Shown: positions 38,630-50,400 of the stretch, in pieces | How the letters are laid out: each line of letters starts with the position of its first letter | How positions within the stretch are numbered: the first letter of the stretch is position 1 | From: Salinivirgaceae bacterium | GTDB lineage: Bacteria; Bacteroidota; Bacteroidia; Bacteroidales; SZUA-534 | Direction of reading: 5' to 3' | Assembly: GCA_024405635.1 (NCBI GenBank) | Contig: JAKSOL010000001.1 | Span: forward strand, 32,001 to 96,000 | Length of the DNA stretch: 64,000 nt | Made by a program: the position numbers and the translations under genes | The notes under the pieces: model-generated | Databases searched by the model: none | Told to the model about the DNA's origin: nothing | Seen by the model: the letters and a program-made list of their open reading frames with translations, nothing else

Positions 38630-39019
38630 ATGAAGAGGGAACTGTTTACATATTTGCGATGCTTTTTTATGGCCATTATGGTTGGTTTGGTGGCAACTCC
38701 ATTGCTACGGCACTCGCTGAGTTCAATTGACCAACAAATGACCGATTGTTTGCCCGAGCAATGCGCAGTTTGTGCAACTCTTGCAACCACTGTTGATGTT
38801 GAATTGGTTGGCGAGTGTGTTAGCGGTGTGCAATTTGCATTTCGAAATGTAAAAACGGTTGAATCTGAAGTAGTTGATAAAACACGCCATGTTGAGGCAA
38901 ATAGTTTTGCTCAGTTTGCAGCAGCCAACAAACTCTTGTCAAACATTGGCGCGCATCATATAGTACAATGTCGCGCCTGCGACTATTATGTTTACACATT
39001 GCGCAAGTTGCTCATTTAG
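38630..39019 (+). CDS. Hypothetical protein
   Basis: ORF with an N-terminal hydrophobic segment and a CxxC; no family recognised. Confidence 0.4.
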   Translation: MKRELFTYLRCFFMAIMVGLVATPLLRHSLSSIDQQMTDCLPEQCAVCATLATTVDVELVGECVSGVQFAFRNVKTVESEVVDKTRHVEANSFAQFAAANKLLSNIGAHHIVQCRACDYYVYTLRKLLI

Positions 39020-39122
39020 CAAATAACAATCTGCTTGGCATGCCACAAAGCAACCAATGTAAAAATTGGTGTGCTGTGCATGTATGTGTCTGATTGTTAA
39101 TTTGTTAAAAAAGAGAATTGTT

Positions 39123-39458
39123 ATGCGCAAAACTATATTTTACATCATTTTTGGCATTGTGGTGCTACTTACAATTGGTGTGTTTGCTTTTGGCAACAAT
39201 TTCGGTTCAATTGTAAGCGGCGATGCTATGTCGCTAAACAACAATGCTTTGCTAACGTTTAGCAAACCTATTTTAATTACAATATTGTTGTTTATGCTGG
39301 CAATTATGTTGTCGATTGGCACTGCTGAAAACAAGCGACCTAGGCGTGTGTTGTCGCCACAATCGGAGTTGAGGTTGCGTAGGCTATTTAGGCATAGGGG
39401 TAGATTAAAATCTGCTGTTCCACGCAATTCGCGCCACACACAAATATCTAGAGTCTAA
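39123..39458 (+). CDS. Hypothetical two-TM protein with a basic tail
   Basis: Two hydrophobic helices and an Arg-rich C-terminus. Confidence 0.5.
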   Translation: MRKTIFYIIFGIVVLLTIGVFAFGNNFGSIVSGDAMSLNNNALLTFSKPILITILLFMLAIMLSIGTAENKRPRRVLSPQSELRLRRLFRHRGRLKSAVPRNSRHTQISRV

Positions 39459-39495
39459 ACTTGTTTTTATTAAAATCGGTAAATGCTATTGTGTT

Positions 39496-39951
39496 ATGAA
39501 TCAGAATGTTATAATACGAAAAATTTCGGTTGGCAACTTGCTGGCAAACTCAACATTTGTAATTGTTTGTGTGTTTTTTGCATTTGTGTTGCACCAAAAT
39601 CGATTGCAGATGAACTATGCCATTTATGCTTTTTTGGTGATTGCCGATGCTTTGCTACTTATTGTGGCATTGTATGGGGTTATTGTTTTTAGTACCAACG
39701 AAATACATGCCGAGAGTGGCGAACAAATTGTGCGCGAGCGCTTTTATTGTCGCACCGATGGTTGCACAGTTGAATCGTTGCTCAACATGTTGCGAAATTG
39801 GGATTTGAGTTCGTTGTTTAAATTAAAAACAACCCAAGTGTCGGGCTACGATGTTGAAATTACATATACCAAAGGTGGAGAATATCGAGCCTATTCAGTG
39901 TTTGTGTTCTGCAATTTTAGGTACAAGTGTGTCGAAAGTGCCGAATTGTAG
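39496..39951 (+). CDS. Hypothetical two-TM protein
   Basis: Two N-terminal TM helices and a small soluble domain. Confidence 0.55.
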   Translation: MNQNVIIRKISVGNLLANSTFVIVCVFFAFVLHQNRLQMNYAIYAFLVIADALLLIVALYGVIVFSTNEIHAESGEQIVRERFYCRTDGCTVESLLNMLRNWDLSSLFKLKTTQVSGYDVEITYTKGGEYRAYSVFVFCNFRYKCVESAEL

Positions 39952-40028
39952 GCGATGTGTATTGTTGTTTTTAGCGTGGGGGAGGGTCAACATCAGTTGG
40001 CTCTCCCTTTTTGGGGAGGCAAGTGCAT

Positions 40029-40060
40029 AAAAAAAGCACCACATTTTTAGGTGTGGTGCT
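40029..40060 (-). terminator. Terminator of the efflux operon
   Basis: A7 tract plus AGCACCACATT-loop-GGTGTGGTGCT. Confidence 0.7.
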
Positions 40061-40157
40061 AACAAAAAACAAACAATTAATCATTTCCCCCTATAGTCCC
40101 TGAGAAAAGAGGACTGAATTGTATGGAGATAGGGGGTGCTCCATTTTATTTTTAGAA

Positions 40158-41675
40158 TTAATTCTGGCCAGTTATCATTTTGTAATTTGTAAGAGCAACA
40201 GCATATTCGCTAAGCGAGTCGGTTAACATGTCGTAAGCTTTTTGTAGCAACATTTGTGCTTGAAGCAAATCGCTTACCGATAACATGCCTGCTCTGTACG
40301 AGTTTCTGTTTATCTCCAAATTCTCTTTTGCTTGCTCAATAGAACGTTGTGCTAATTGCACTTGCAAATATACTTGTTGTAATGAATTATACGACTGTTG
40401 CATCTGAATAATTAGCATTTTATTTAAGTCTTTTTGTGTGTTTTGTGACGATTGTATCTCAAGTTTATGTTTTTTAACATCGTGAGAGGTCGATCCCCAC
40501 AAATCGGAGATTGGAATTGATACGGTTGCATACAACATCCCGAATGTTGTGTTGGCATCAAAAGCCATTTTGTGGTAAACAAGCGAGCCGCCTACAGCCA
40601 CGGTTGGCATTAACTTGCCGCGTTCCATTTTCATTTGTAATTGGCTAGCTTCCACTTTCTTTTCAAGCAATTGGAATTCGGCGCGGTTTTGCAGCGCAGT
40701 CTCATGGTCAACTTTTAGTTGGTCGGGTGTTTGCAAATTGTTTGGCGATAGCATTGCAGTGTCAACCATAAAATCGTCGGTTTCAAGACCAATGTATTGT
40801 GCAAGCACCATTTTCGACAATTCAATTCCGTTTTCGAGTTTGATGCGGCTGTTTTGCAGTTCGTTTTTCTTCAGTTGAACTTGAAGCGAGTCGTTGCGTA
40901 GGCATACTTTTGCTTGCAAAGCTGCATTCACATCTTTCTCAATCGATTGTAGCATTGAGTCGAGTGCGTTAATCGTGTTCATTTTCTGAATCAAGGTAAT
41001 CAGTTGGCAGTAGTAGCGCTCGGTGGTAAGCAAAACCTCGTCGGTGGTTTGTTTCTTTTGAATTTCTTTAACCTCAATAGCCACGTCGGCCAGTTTGTTG
41101 CCGTTGTTTATTTGTCCGCCAGCAAACAAAGGCATCATTGCGTTGAGCGAAGCCATAGGTCCGCCAGTAATGTCGATGCCGTTCATCATTGAGTTTAACA
41201 TTGGCGATAGCATTTCGCTCATGGCCGATCCCATTTGGCTCAACTGAGAGGCTTGTGCCATTAGTTGAGTTAGTTGTTCTTGGTATTGTTGGGCAGCTGC
41301 CAAATCGCCAGCAGCCGCTGCTTGTTGAGCTGCAGCGCCAAGTTGCATAGCTTTGTTGGTCATATCGGCAGTTATTTGCTCTTTAGCCGATGAAATGTTG
41401 CCTTTAATGTCGTCGCCAACTTTGTCGGTGTTGAGCATGTTGTCAGAACTTTTTACATAAGCGGCAACAGCGTTAACGGTTGGAAGTCGTTTGGTAAAAG
41501 CACCTTTTTGGGTTTCTTGTGCGGCCTCAATTTCAAGGTCAGCATTTTTAATCTTCACGTTGTTTTGCAATGCCATTTCGCGGCATTGTTCAAGAGTGAG
41601 TTGTTGTTGGGCGGTAGCGTTGTTGATGTTGGTCAACATTAACGCTACCATTATGATGTAAGAAATTCGTTTCAT
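40158..41675 (-). CDS. TolC-family outer-membrane efflux protein
   Basis: LTLEQCREMALQNN, PLFAGG and YRAGMLSVSDLLQAQ; last gene of the RND operon. Confidence 0.92.
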   Translation of the reverse strand: MKRISYIIMVALMLTNINNATAQQQLTLEQCREMALQNNVKIKNADLEIEAAQETQKGAFTKRLPTVNAVAAYVKSSDNMLNTDKVGDDIKGNISSAKEQITADMTNKAMQLGAAAQQAAAAGDLAAAQQYQEQLTQLMAQASQLSQMGSAMSEMLSPMLNSMMNGIDITGGPMASLNAMMPLFAGGQINNGNKLADVAIEVKEIQKKQTTDEVLLTTERYYCQLITLIQKMNTINALDSMLQSIEKDVNAALQAKVCLRNDSLQVQLKKNELQNSRIKLENGIELSKMVLAQYIGLETDDFMVDTAMLSPNNLQTPDQLKVDHETALQNRAEFQLLEKKVEASQLQMKMERGKLMPTVAVGGSLVYHKMAFDANTTFGMLYATVSIPISDLWGSTSHDVKKHKLEIQSSQNTQKDLNKMLIIQMQQSYNSLQQVYLQVQLAQRSIEQAKENLEINRNSYRAGMLSVSDLLQAQMLLQKAYDMLTDSLSEYAVALTNYKMITGQN

Positions 41676-41684
41676 GGTTAAAGT

Positions 41685-44600
41685 TTATTTTTCGTTTTTG
41701 TAACGCACTGCGTAGTAAACTGGCAACACGGTTATTATCAGAACCATTGAAATCATTGTGCCGAAACAAACAACCGTTCCCATTGGGCACCAAAGTTCGC
41801 TGTGGCTAATAATCATTGGTATAACGCCCATTGATGCGGCAGCTGAAGTAAGGAAGATAGGGCGCATACGGCGTTCGGCCGATTTAAGCGCGGCATCTTC
41901 AACGCTCATTTTGTACTTGTGGCGAAGTTCGTTTGTGTAGTCGAACATTATGATGCCGTTACGTACAATGATGCCCATCAGGCTAATTACGCCAAGCACT
42001 GAAGTTATGCTGAAGTCGAGATTCATAACCCAAACTCCAAATGTGGCGCCAAACAAGCAAAGGGCAATAGCACCCAAAATGGTGAGCGACAACGATACTT
42101 GTTGGTAGTGGAACAACAAGATTAAGAAGATGATGGCAACCGATATGGTTAGAGCCAGAATTATTCCTGGAATGGTTTCGTTGTCGTGCTCAATTGCGCC
42201 GCCAATTTCCATGCGAACACCTTCGGGCAGGGTTAGTTTTTGGCATTGAGAACTTATAACTTCGGTTTCGGTATTTACATTGGCATCGCGGCAAACATCG
42301 GCCATTAGCGAGATGCAGCGAACACCGTTGCGGCGAATTACCGTTGAACCTTCCCAACTAGGAGTAAGTTTTGCAATTTGGCGCAATGGTACCGATACAC
42401 CAGGCAAAACACCGCTAACTTGTGTGTTCATTAGTTCGTCGGTGGTTTGTTGTTTGGTTTTCATGTCTTTTAATACCACAGGAACCTCTTTGCCGTCTTC
42501 CCAAATGTTAGTAATGCTCAATCCGTTGCTGAATTTAGTAGCAAGTTGCAACGATAGCAGCGCTTTGTTTACACCGATGCGGTTGGCTTCGTTTTCGTCA
42601 ATATCAACACGAACTGTTGGAATGGCATTGCTAAAGTTTGAGTGAACAAAGCAAAGGTTTGGATTGTTGCGCATCATGTTTAGCACGGTGTCGCCAATGC
42701 TTCGCAAATCGTCAAGGTTGTCGCCGTAAAAGCGAATTTCAACTGGCGAGGTTACTGCGTTGTAGTCCATTTGTTTGAAACGGATTGTGGCCTCAGGAAA
42801 ATACTCGGCATATTTTTCAGCGTACTCGTCAAGCAGTTCAACAGTTGCAGCGTTGTTCACAGTGTTTACAATAAATTGAGCACGGTTGCTGCCTGGCAAA
42901 CTAGGTGCGTAGGTTGTGTGGAAACGAGGCGAACTGCTTCCGTAGAACACTGTGATGGCGGTTACACGATTGTCGGCACGTAAAATCGATTCCATGCTAT
43001 CGGCAACGGCGGCTGTTTGCTCAAGCGAAGTGCCTTCGGGCAAGGTGAATTCAAGAGCAAATTGGTTGCGCTCGGCAATTGGCAACAAGCGTTGTGGTAA
43101 AATGGTGTAGATTAACGCTCCTGCAATAATTGATGCGGCACCGCAGCCAAGTGTAAATGCCTTGTGGCGGAAACACCAACGTATAACAATCTCGTATCCT
43201 TTTTGTACCAAGTCGAGAAACGACACTTTTTTAACCTTTGGCTTGCCTGAGTTTGTTTTAGGTGTTAGTCCGTGACGTATGAAATAGAACTGCATGTAAG
43301 GAACCAAAAACTCGGCCACAAGCAACGACACAAACAAAATTATTGAAATTGCCCATGGAAAGTGAATCAAAAAGTCGAGCATTGGGCCTTCCATTGTAAA
43401 CAACAGAGGGAAGAATGTTACGCTGATGGCCAAAGTTGCATCAATAATTGAGCGTGCAAACTCGCGAGCACTTTGTATTGATGCGTTCCAACGGCTAACA
43501 CCTTCGTCAATCTTTTCAAGATAACTATCGATAATTACAATTGAGTTATCGACCACCATGCCCAATGTTGCCAGCATTGCAGCAAGTGTGGCAGTGTTAA
43601 TTTCGATGCCAAATAGGTAGAACAAACCAATGGCAATGAAAATTGAAATTGGAATGGTTGCTGCAGCTACCGAAGCAACTCGCAATGGTAAAAGCAACAT
43701 AACTACCAGAATAACAGCGCAAATGGCAATTAGCAATTCGCGTAGAAAAGTGTTCACGCTATCGGCAACAACGGTGCTTTGGTCGCAAATGTAGTGCAGC
43801 TTAACATCGTTTGGCAGTTGGTTTTCAAATTCGGTAACCATGTTTTTTACATCGTTGCCAAACTCAACAATGTTGAATCCGTTGCTCATTTCGAGCGACA
43901 ACACAACACACTTGTTTTTGTTGGTTGTAATGTATTCTGATGGGGTAGGAAATTCGCGCACCACAGTAGCAACGTCGCGAACACGAATAACATTTCCAGC
44001 AACATCGGAGTAAATAATTTTTTCGGCAATGTCGTTTATGCTGTTCATCGATTCGTTGATGCGTATTGGCATTGTGTTGTGACCGTTGTCAATGCTTCCG
44101 CTTGTGGTTTTTAGTCCGTCGCCCATCAGCATTGCCGATAGGGTTTGTGGCGAAATACCATAGTCGGTTAGTTTGTCACGGTCAACATAAATGGCAATTT
44201 GCTCTTTTTGCAATCCATAGGTGCGAATGTTTGAAACCGAGTTGATGCTACGTATTTTGTCCGACAACGACTCCAAGTAGTCTTCAAGTTCAGCGTATGT
44301 TTTGCTTTCGCTTTCCATGGCAAGCAAAATAGCCGAAGTGTTACCAAAGTCGTCTTTTGCAAGAAGCGCCAACACACCGCTAGGCATCGACATTTTAGCG
44401 GTTGAAAGTCCGTGTTTAAATTTGCTCCAAAAGGCGTCTTTGTCGTTTACGTTGCCTTTTAGTTCAACAAAAGCAACGCACATTCCGCTCATGCTTTGGG
44501 TGTAGGTTTTCTCTTTGTTTATTTCGGGATATTGCCACATGAACGCCTCAAGTGGTTTAGCAACTTGAGTTTCAACCTCTTCGGCGCTTGCACCGGGATA

Positions 44601-44765
44601 AACAGCAATAACTAAACCTTGGCGAATGGTGATGTTTGGAAACTCGTTTTTAGGCATCACCTTTAGCGAGTAAATGCCAAAGATTACGAGTGCCGATACT
44701 AGCAATATCACTATCTGGCGGTAGTGCATTGCCATTTCAACTAGCGACATTTTGTGTTTTTTCAT
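41685..44765 (-). CDS. AcrB-family RND permease
   Basis: 1026 aa; YPGASAEEVE, GMVVDNSIV, GIIVRNGI and RMRPIFLT. Confidence 0.95.
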   Translation of the reverse strand: MKKHKMSLVEMAMHYRQIVILLVSALVIFGIYSLKVMPKNEFPNITIRQGLVIAVYPGASAEEVETQVAKPLEAFMWQYPEINKEKTYTQSMSGMCVAFVELKGNVNDKDAFWSKFKHGLSTAKMSMPSGVLALLAKDDFGNTSAILLAMESESKTYAELEDYLESLSDKIRSINSVSNIRTYGLQKEQIAIYVDRDKLTDYGISPQTLSAMLMGDGLKTTSGSIDNGHNTMPIRINESMNSINDIAEKIIYSDVAGNVIRVRDVATVVREFPTPSEYITTNKNKCVVLSLEMSNGFNIVEFGNDVKNMVTEFENQLPNDVKLHYICDQSTVVADSVNTFLRELLIAICAVILVVMLLLPLRVASVAAATIPISIFIAIGLFYLFGIEINTATLAAMLATLGMVVDNSIVIIDSYLEKIDEGVSRWNASIQSAREFARSIIDATLAISVTFFPLLFTMEGPMLDFLIHFPWAISIILFVSLLVAEFLVPYMQFYFIRHGLTPKTNSGKPKVKKVSFLDLVQKGYEIVIRWCFRHKAFTLGCGAASIIAGALIYTILPQRLLPIAERNQFALEFTLPEGTSLEQTAAVADSMESILRADNRVTAITVFYGSSSPRFHTTYAPSLPGSNRAQFIVNTVNNAATVELLDEYAEKYAEYFPEATIRFKQMDYNAVTSPVEIRFYGDNLDDLRSIGDTVLNMMRNNPNLCFVHSNFSNAIPTVRVDIDENEANRIGVNKALLSLQLATKFSNGLSITNIWEDGKEVPVVLKDMKTKQQTTDELMNTQVSGVLPGVSVPLRQIAKLTPSWEGSTVIRRNGVRCISLMADVCRDANVNTETEVISSQCQKLTLPEGVRMEIGGAIEHDNETIPGIILALTISVAIIFLILLFHYQQVSLSLTILGAIALCLFGATFGVWVMNLDFSITSVLGVISLMGIIVRNGIIMFDYTNELRHKYKMSVEDAALKSAERRMRPIFLTSAAASMGVIPMIISHSELWCPMGTVVCFGTMISMVLIITVLPVYYAVRYKNEK

Positions 44766-45796
44766 AGCGCAGCAATTTTTGAACCCTCACTAATTTTTTG
44801 CGATCCTGAGGTTACCACTTGGTCACCTTCGGCAAGTCCGCTTGTAATAACAACGCCAGATGCAACTGCGTTACCAACTTTTACGGTGCGGCGTTGTGCA
44901 ATTCCGTTGTTCACAACCCAAACGTAGGTTGAGTTGTTTGAGTCGAGTTTAACAGCGCTGTTTGGTACCACAATAATTTGTTGTTGGTTGTTGTTGGTTT
45001 GTAGGTTAACCGAGCAAACCATGCCTGGCATAATGGCGTTGTTGCTGTTTTGCGCGGTGATGCGAACCTCGTAAGTGTGCGACAACAAATTGGCGCTTAT
45101 TCCTTTTTCGGTAACCTTGCCTTCAAAGGTTTGTCCGTCAAGTGCCGAAACGCTGAATGTGGCTTTTTGTCCAATTTGTACTTTCGATATCTCGTTTTCG
45201 GGAACCGAAATTTTTACGTCGATGTTGTCAATTTTAACCAACTTTATTGCACTTGAGGTTGGTAGTGCATAATTGCCAGCGTCGATGTTGCGAGCGGCAA
45301 CTACACCAGCAAAAGGAGCGCGAAGCTCGGTGTTCTTTAAGTTGTTTTGTGCAATGGTTAAAGCGGCTTTTGCGTTTGCTACTTTGGTTTCAATGTCAAC
45401 CATTTTAACCTCAGGAAGCGAGCCTTTGTCGTACATGTCTTTCATGCGTTTGTAACCATCTTCGGCTTGGTTTAAAGTCGATTTGGCAGCGGCAACTGTG
45501 CTTTCAAGCGATTCTTTGTCAAGCACCGCAAGCAGTTGTCCTTGCTTTACACTTTCGCCTGCCGACACGTAAACCTTTTCAACCAAACCGGGTACGGCAA
45601 AGTTCAGTTCCGAACCATACGATTCTTTAACTGTGCCAACGTAAGCTTTTGATTGATTGTTTGTTGTTAGTTGAATGGTTAATACATTAACCGATACAGG
45701 TTTTGTTCCTTTTTCGGTTTGCTCGGCAGAGCCGCAGGCACCCATCAAAATTCCTGTTAGTGCCATTGCTGCTAATGTTTGCAGTTTTGTTTTCAT
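44762..45796 (-). CDS. RND periplasmic adaptor (membrane fusion lipoprotein)
   Basis: Lipobox (LMGAC), VKQGQLLA, LRAPFAG, MPGM and GLAEGDQVVTSG. Confidence 0.93.
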   Translation of the reverse strand: MKTKLQTLAAMALTGILMGACGSAEQTEKGTKPVSVNVLTIQLTTNNQSKAYVGTVKESYGSELNFAVPGLVEKVYVSAGESVKQGQLLAVLDKESLESTVAAAKSTLNQAEDGYKRMKDMYDKGSLPEVKMVDIETKVANAKAALTIAQNNLKNTELRAPFAGVVAARNIDAGNYALPTSSAIKLVKIDNIDVKISVPENEISKVQIGQKATFSVSALDGQTFEGKVTEKGISANLLSHTYEVRITAQNSNNAIMPGMVCSVNLQTNNNQQQIIVVPNSAVKLDSNNSTYVWVVNNGIAQRRTVKVGNAVASGVVITSGLAEGDQVVTSGSQKISEGSKIAAL

Positions 45797-46035
45797 AGTA
45801 GATTAGTATTATTTGTTCAATATTTTTTTCTGTTTTCAACACTGCAAAGATGTGGTTACCTATTGGGTTGGTTGTAGCCTTTAAGTTGACAGATTTTTCC
45901 TTTTGGTCGAATTATTTAATAAATAATCACTTTTAATTGCCGATATTGACTAAAAAAATCGTCAAATAGTCGGAAAATGATATATTTGCATCGGCTTTAT
46001 GCGAAAAAAAGGAAAAAACACAATAACTATTAAAT

Positions 46036-46926
46036 ATGAATTACTCAATTCAAGATGTGTTTCAGCGCTACATTAAAGGCGAAGAATTTAACCTGTTGTT
46101 GCGCAACGATGTGCTAGTGTTTAACGATATGAGCACACTTAAAGTGGTGTATGAATATCCACTGCGGCTCAACGCCATAATAATGATGGCTTGTTGGCAA
46201 GGAACAGTAGAATTTAGTGTAAATGCCGAAAACTACGCAGTTCACACGGGGCAGTTTGCAATAGTAACACCCGATAGTCTTTTGCGCGTAACCCACACCA
46301 GTGCCGATTTTGATGCAATGTTGTTCATAGCATCAGTCGATTATTTAATGGCGCTTAAACTTGAATTGAAAGAATATTTGCCATACTATTTTTCGTTGCA
46401 AGGCGGAGTGGTTATTCCGTTGTGCGACAATTGTTTTAGCCGAATTTGGAAAATATCAAACATACTAATTTCAATTGACGACGAGGAGGGCGACACCTCA
46501 TCGGTGCGTCGCAGTTTGGTAGCAGCATTGGTTGAGTCGTTGCGTTTTGCATTTGACCATCACATGCCAAGTTCGCAAATTCCCGATTCAACAACCGCTC
46601 CCGTTATGCTCAACAATTCGCTAATGAACAAGTTTATTACATTGCTACAAGAGAAACATAATCAGGAGCATAAGGTGATTTATTATGCTGATAAATTGGG
46701 TTTAACTCCAAAGTATTTTTCGCAGGTAATTAGGCAGATGAGCGGCAAAAGTGCTGTTGATTGGATTAACGAATATGTTATTGTTGAGGCACAAAACCGT
46801 TTGCGTTACTCGCAAGCCAGCATTGCCGATATTGCCGACGAATTGGGATTTGCATCGCAAACACAATTTTGCAAAAGCTTTAAGCGACTTTGTGGCTGTA
46901 CGCCAAACGAATACCGTAAAAAATAG
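46036..46926 (+). CDS. AraC-family regulator, divergent from the efflux operon
   Basis: C-terminal YADKLGLTPKYFS...IADELGF..F.K.FKR..G.TP.EYR; TATATTTG promoter box at 45981. Confidence 0.93.
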   Translation: MNYSIQDVFQRYIKGEEFNLLLRNDVLVFNDMSTLKVVYEYPLRLNAIIMMACWQGTVEFSVNAENYAVHTGQFAIVTPDSLLRVTHTSADFDAMLFIASVDYLMALKLELKEYLPYYFSLQGGVVIPLCDNCFSRIWKISNILISIDDEEGDTSSVRRSLVAALVESLRFAFDHHMPSSQIPDSTTAPVMLNNSLMNKFITLLQEKHNQEHKVIYYADKLGLTPKYFSQVIRQMSGKSAVDWINEYVIVEAQNRLRYSQASIADIADELGFASQTQFCKSFKRLCGCTPNEYRKK

Positions 46927-47043
46927 GTTGATTAAGAGTTTTTAAAACCTCAATAAACCGAGTAAATTCGCGCCATAAATCAGCAAATGCTACAATAGTC
47001 TTGTTGTTGTGGGTATTTGTTTGATATACAAATTATTACGCGC

Positions 47044-47373
47044 ATGTTAACTTGGTTGTATCTTATTATTGCGGCTGTTTTTGAAGTGGGTTGGCCGCTT
47101 GGTTTTCGCTTGGCTGGTACGCATGCCGAGCATTTTTGGTTTTACATTATTATTTCGGCCATTTCAATGGCTTTGAGTGGAATTTTTCTTTATTTGGCAC
47201 AACTTAACATTCCAACAAGCACCGCCTACATCATGTGGACAGGTTGCGGAGCAATATTTACATTCATTATCGGCATATTGTTTTTTGGCGATTCGGCATC
47301 GTTGCTACGAATGTTTTTCTCGTTGCTCATATTGGTAGGCTTAGTTGGGCTTGAATTAGTTGGTAACAAATAA
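47044..47373 (+). CDS. SMR-family small multidrug/guanidinium exporter
   Basis: WLYLIIAAVFEVGW (membrane Glu) and TAYIMWTG. Confidence 0.88.
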   Translation: MLTWLYLIIAAVFEVGWPLGFRLAGTHAEHFWFYIIISAISMALSGIFLYLAQLNIPTSTAYIMWTGCGAIFTFIIGILFFGDSASLLRMFFSLLILVGLVGLELVGNK

Positions 47374-47450
47374 TAGATTAATAATCAAATAGATATACTG
47401 CTTTGTTAGGTAAAAACTACCTTTCGGAGTGTTTTATAAAAAACTGAACA

Positions 47451-50400
47451 ATGAAGAAATTTTTTCTATCGGTATTGATGCTAGCAACAATAGGAGTTAG
47501 CGCACAAACGGTATTTTTTCAAGAGGACTTTGAAAACGGAGGTTCGCGTCCCGATGGATGGACCGAGGAATATGTATCAAACGGTAATGAGCATTTGAGT
47601 TGGACTTACCAAAATGGCGGAACAAAACCTGCTGGTGCTTATGCAGAACCAATACCATCAAGTGCGCATGGTGGCAACTACAACGCATTCTTTTATCGTA
47701 GATCGTTGGGATACACGCAAGAAACTTATTTGGTGTCACCAACCATCGACCTTGAGTTTGCGCATAAACCAATGTTGGTGTTTTACTACTCGTTGATGGC
47801 TAGTCAGTTAACTATAGAAGATAAAGCCGATTGCTTTACATTTTCGCTTTGCTATCGCGTGCTCGATGGTACATCGAAAAAGTGGGTTGAGCTGAAAGAA
47901 TACTCTGACATGACAACCGAAATGTACCCATGGCGAGGCGATTCAATTTACTTACCCGACACTCTTTGCAAATACCGTCAAGTTCAAATTGCTTTTTTGG
48001 GAAAAACCAAGGTAATGGGTTTGGGTGTATGCATCGACGATATTAAAATTATTGAAACACAAGTAGTTAATAAATATATTGAGAATGTTTATGCGTCGCA
48101 ACCAAACGTTAATGTAGTGCCAACTGGTTCAAAAGACAACCCAGTGTTGCGTTTGCGATTCCCAGTTATGGGTAACGACAACAAGCTAATGCTGCAAAAA
48201 CTGACAGTTAATGCACTTATGCAAACCAAAGATGCAGTACCTGCCAATGGTGTAAAAATTTATCACACAACAACCGAGTATTTTAGCACCAACACGCTAC
48301 TTGGTACAGCATCAATAGTAAACGGAAAAGCGGTTTTTAACAATATAAACTACGACTTGCCATACGGAAACTCGTATGTGTGGGTTGCTTGCGATGTTAA
48401 GCAAGATAATAATCACGAACTTAAAGGTTACAACATCGACTTTTCGGTTGATGCCAATGCTATAGCAATAAACGGAATAAATTATCCGTCGAGCGAACTG
48501 AACCCTACAGGTCAGCGTACTATTAACGAATCAATTTTGATTAACGACTTTGAGGAATCAATTGCTGGGTGGACTTTCACTGGCGAGTTTGAATGGTCAG
48601 AAGCCAAAGGTTTGGGCAGCGGATCGACAGGAGCAAAAGACCCAAGTTATGCTCATAGTGGCAAAAAAATGATAGGAACCGACATTAGCGGTTTGGGAAC
48701 TTATCCCGGAGACTACGAACTCGGCATTGAAGGTGCTGGGTATAAGGCAGTTACTCCTGAATTGAATTGCTACCACTACAAAGACATCAGTCTTATGTTC
48801 TATCGTTGGTTTAATGTAAGCTTTGGCGATAGCGCAACTATTGACGTGAGCCTTGATAACGGAACCACTTGGAACCCATTGTGGGAAAATGCCGTGTATA
48901 TTTCAGAACGCGATTGGAGTTTCCATAAAATATCGTTGGGCAAATTTGCCGACCGCGCACCAAGCGTAAAACTGCGCTTTACATTAGGACCAACGGGCGA
49001 GCTGATGCACCTTTCGGGTTGGAATATCGACGACGTTGCTGTGGTTGGTACCTTTGTTTATGTTGATGCTGCAGTTACCGCCATCAATTCTCCTATTGAC
49101 GATTGCGGTCTTTCGTCGGCTGAAGAGGTTAGTGTTACCATTAAAAATACAGGTTATAGTAACATAAGTAGCAGTTATAAAGTGAGTTACTCGCTCGATG
49201 GTAAAGATTGGGTAACCGAAACGGTTAATCATCCTCTTGTACGCGACGAGGAGTTTGTTTACACTTTTAGTAAGAAAGCAGATTTTTCGGCACTTGGCAA
49301 CCACAATCTTACAGTTCGTGTAGAATTGCCCGACGACGAGTATGCTAAAAACGACGAAGTAAGTACTGTAATTCGTTCTATTCCATACTTTGAACTCCCT
49401 TATGCTGAAGAATTTGAAGAAAACGATGGCTATTGGCGAAATATAGGCAACAGCACAACTTGGCAATATGGCCGTCCAACGGGCGATAACATATCGTCGG
49501 CATACAAAAGCAACAAATGTTGGTTTACTAAACCTGCCAATGGTTATGAGGCAAACAATGTTGTTTATCTAGAGAGCCCTTGCTTTAATTTTAGCAACGT
49601 GCAACGCCCAATGATGAGTTTTGCAATAACTGGTCATTCAATTGAAAATCAAGATGGTGTGGCAGTTTATTATACTACCGATAACGGTCGTACTTGGACT
49701 TTGCTACCTGCTGGTGTTGAGTACAGCAAACTACATTGGTACAACAAAAGCACTAACATTTCAGCTTTAGGCTCTAGCGGCTTTAGTGGCACATTTGGTT
49801 GGACTTACATTGAGCAACTTTTGCCTGTTGAATTGGCAGGAAAGTCGGCTGTAAAATTCCGAATAATGTTTGCCACCGGTGCAGCAAAAACTACTACCCA
49901 GAAGATAGAAAACGGAGATGGCGAAGAAGACGATGAATACGTTGATGTGATAGTTCCTTACGACGGTTTTGCTATCGATAACTTTAAAGTATTTGAGTGC
50001 CCTGTTGATGCTGGCGTGCTTGCTATTACTTCGCCAACAAGCGATTGCTATTTGAGCAAACAACAACAAATTAGCGTAAGCATTAAAAACTATGGTATTC
50101 GCGCCATTACTCCAGCCGACACGTTGAGCGCTGCTGTTGAATTGGGTAGCAAAGTATTCCATCAAAAATTCTTTGCAAGCACCAATATACCGGTTGGCCA
50201 ATCTGCAACATTTACATTCGACACCACATTCAACATGTACGACAAAAAGACATATAACATTGTGGCTTACACCGAATTGTATGGCGACACATTGCTATTC
50301 AGCACAATAAATAACGACCAAGCTACAGCTCAAGTTTCGGTACTTGGCGAACCTGCCTACACTTTAGGTCCCGATATTGGTACACTTGATCCAGCAACTT

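Noticed and set aside
40087-40136. Hairpin CCCCTAT...ATAGGGG downstream of tolC
   Set aside because: A single short imperfect hairpin, most simply a 3'-UTR stabiliser; no second copy was seen.
46927-47043. Guanidine riboswitch upstream of the SMR gene
   Set aside because: No paired ACGR-loop hairpins or other recognisable guanidine aptamer motifs.
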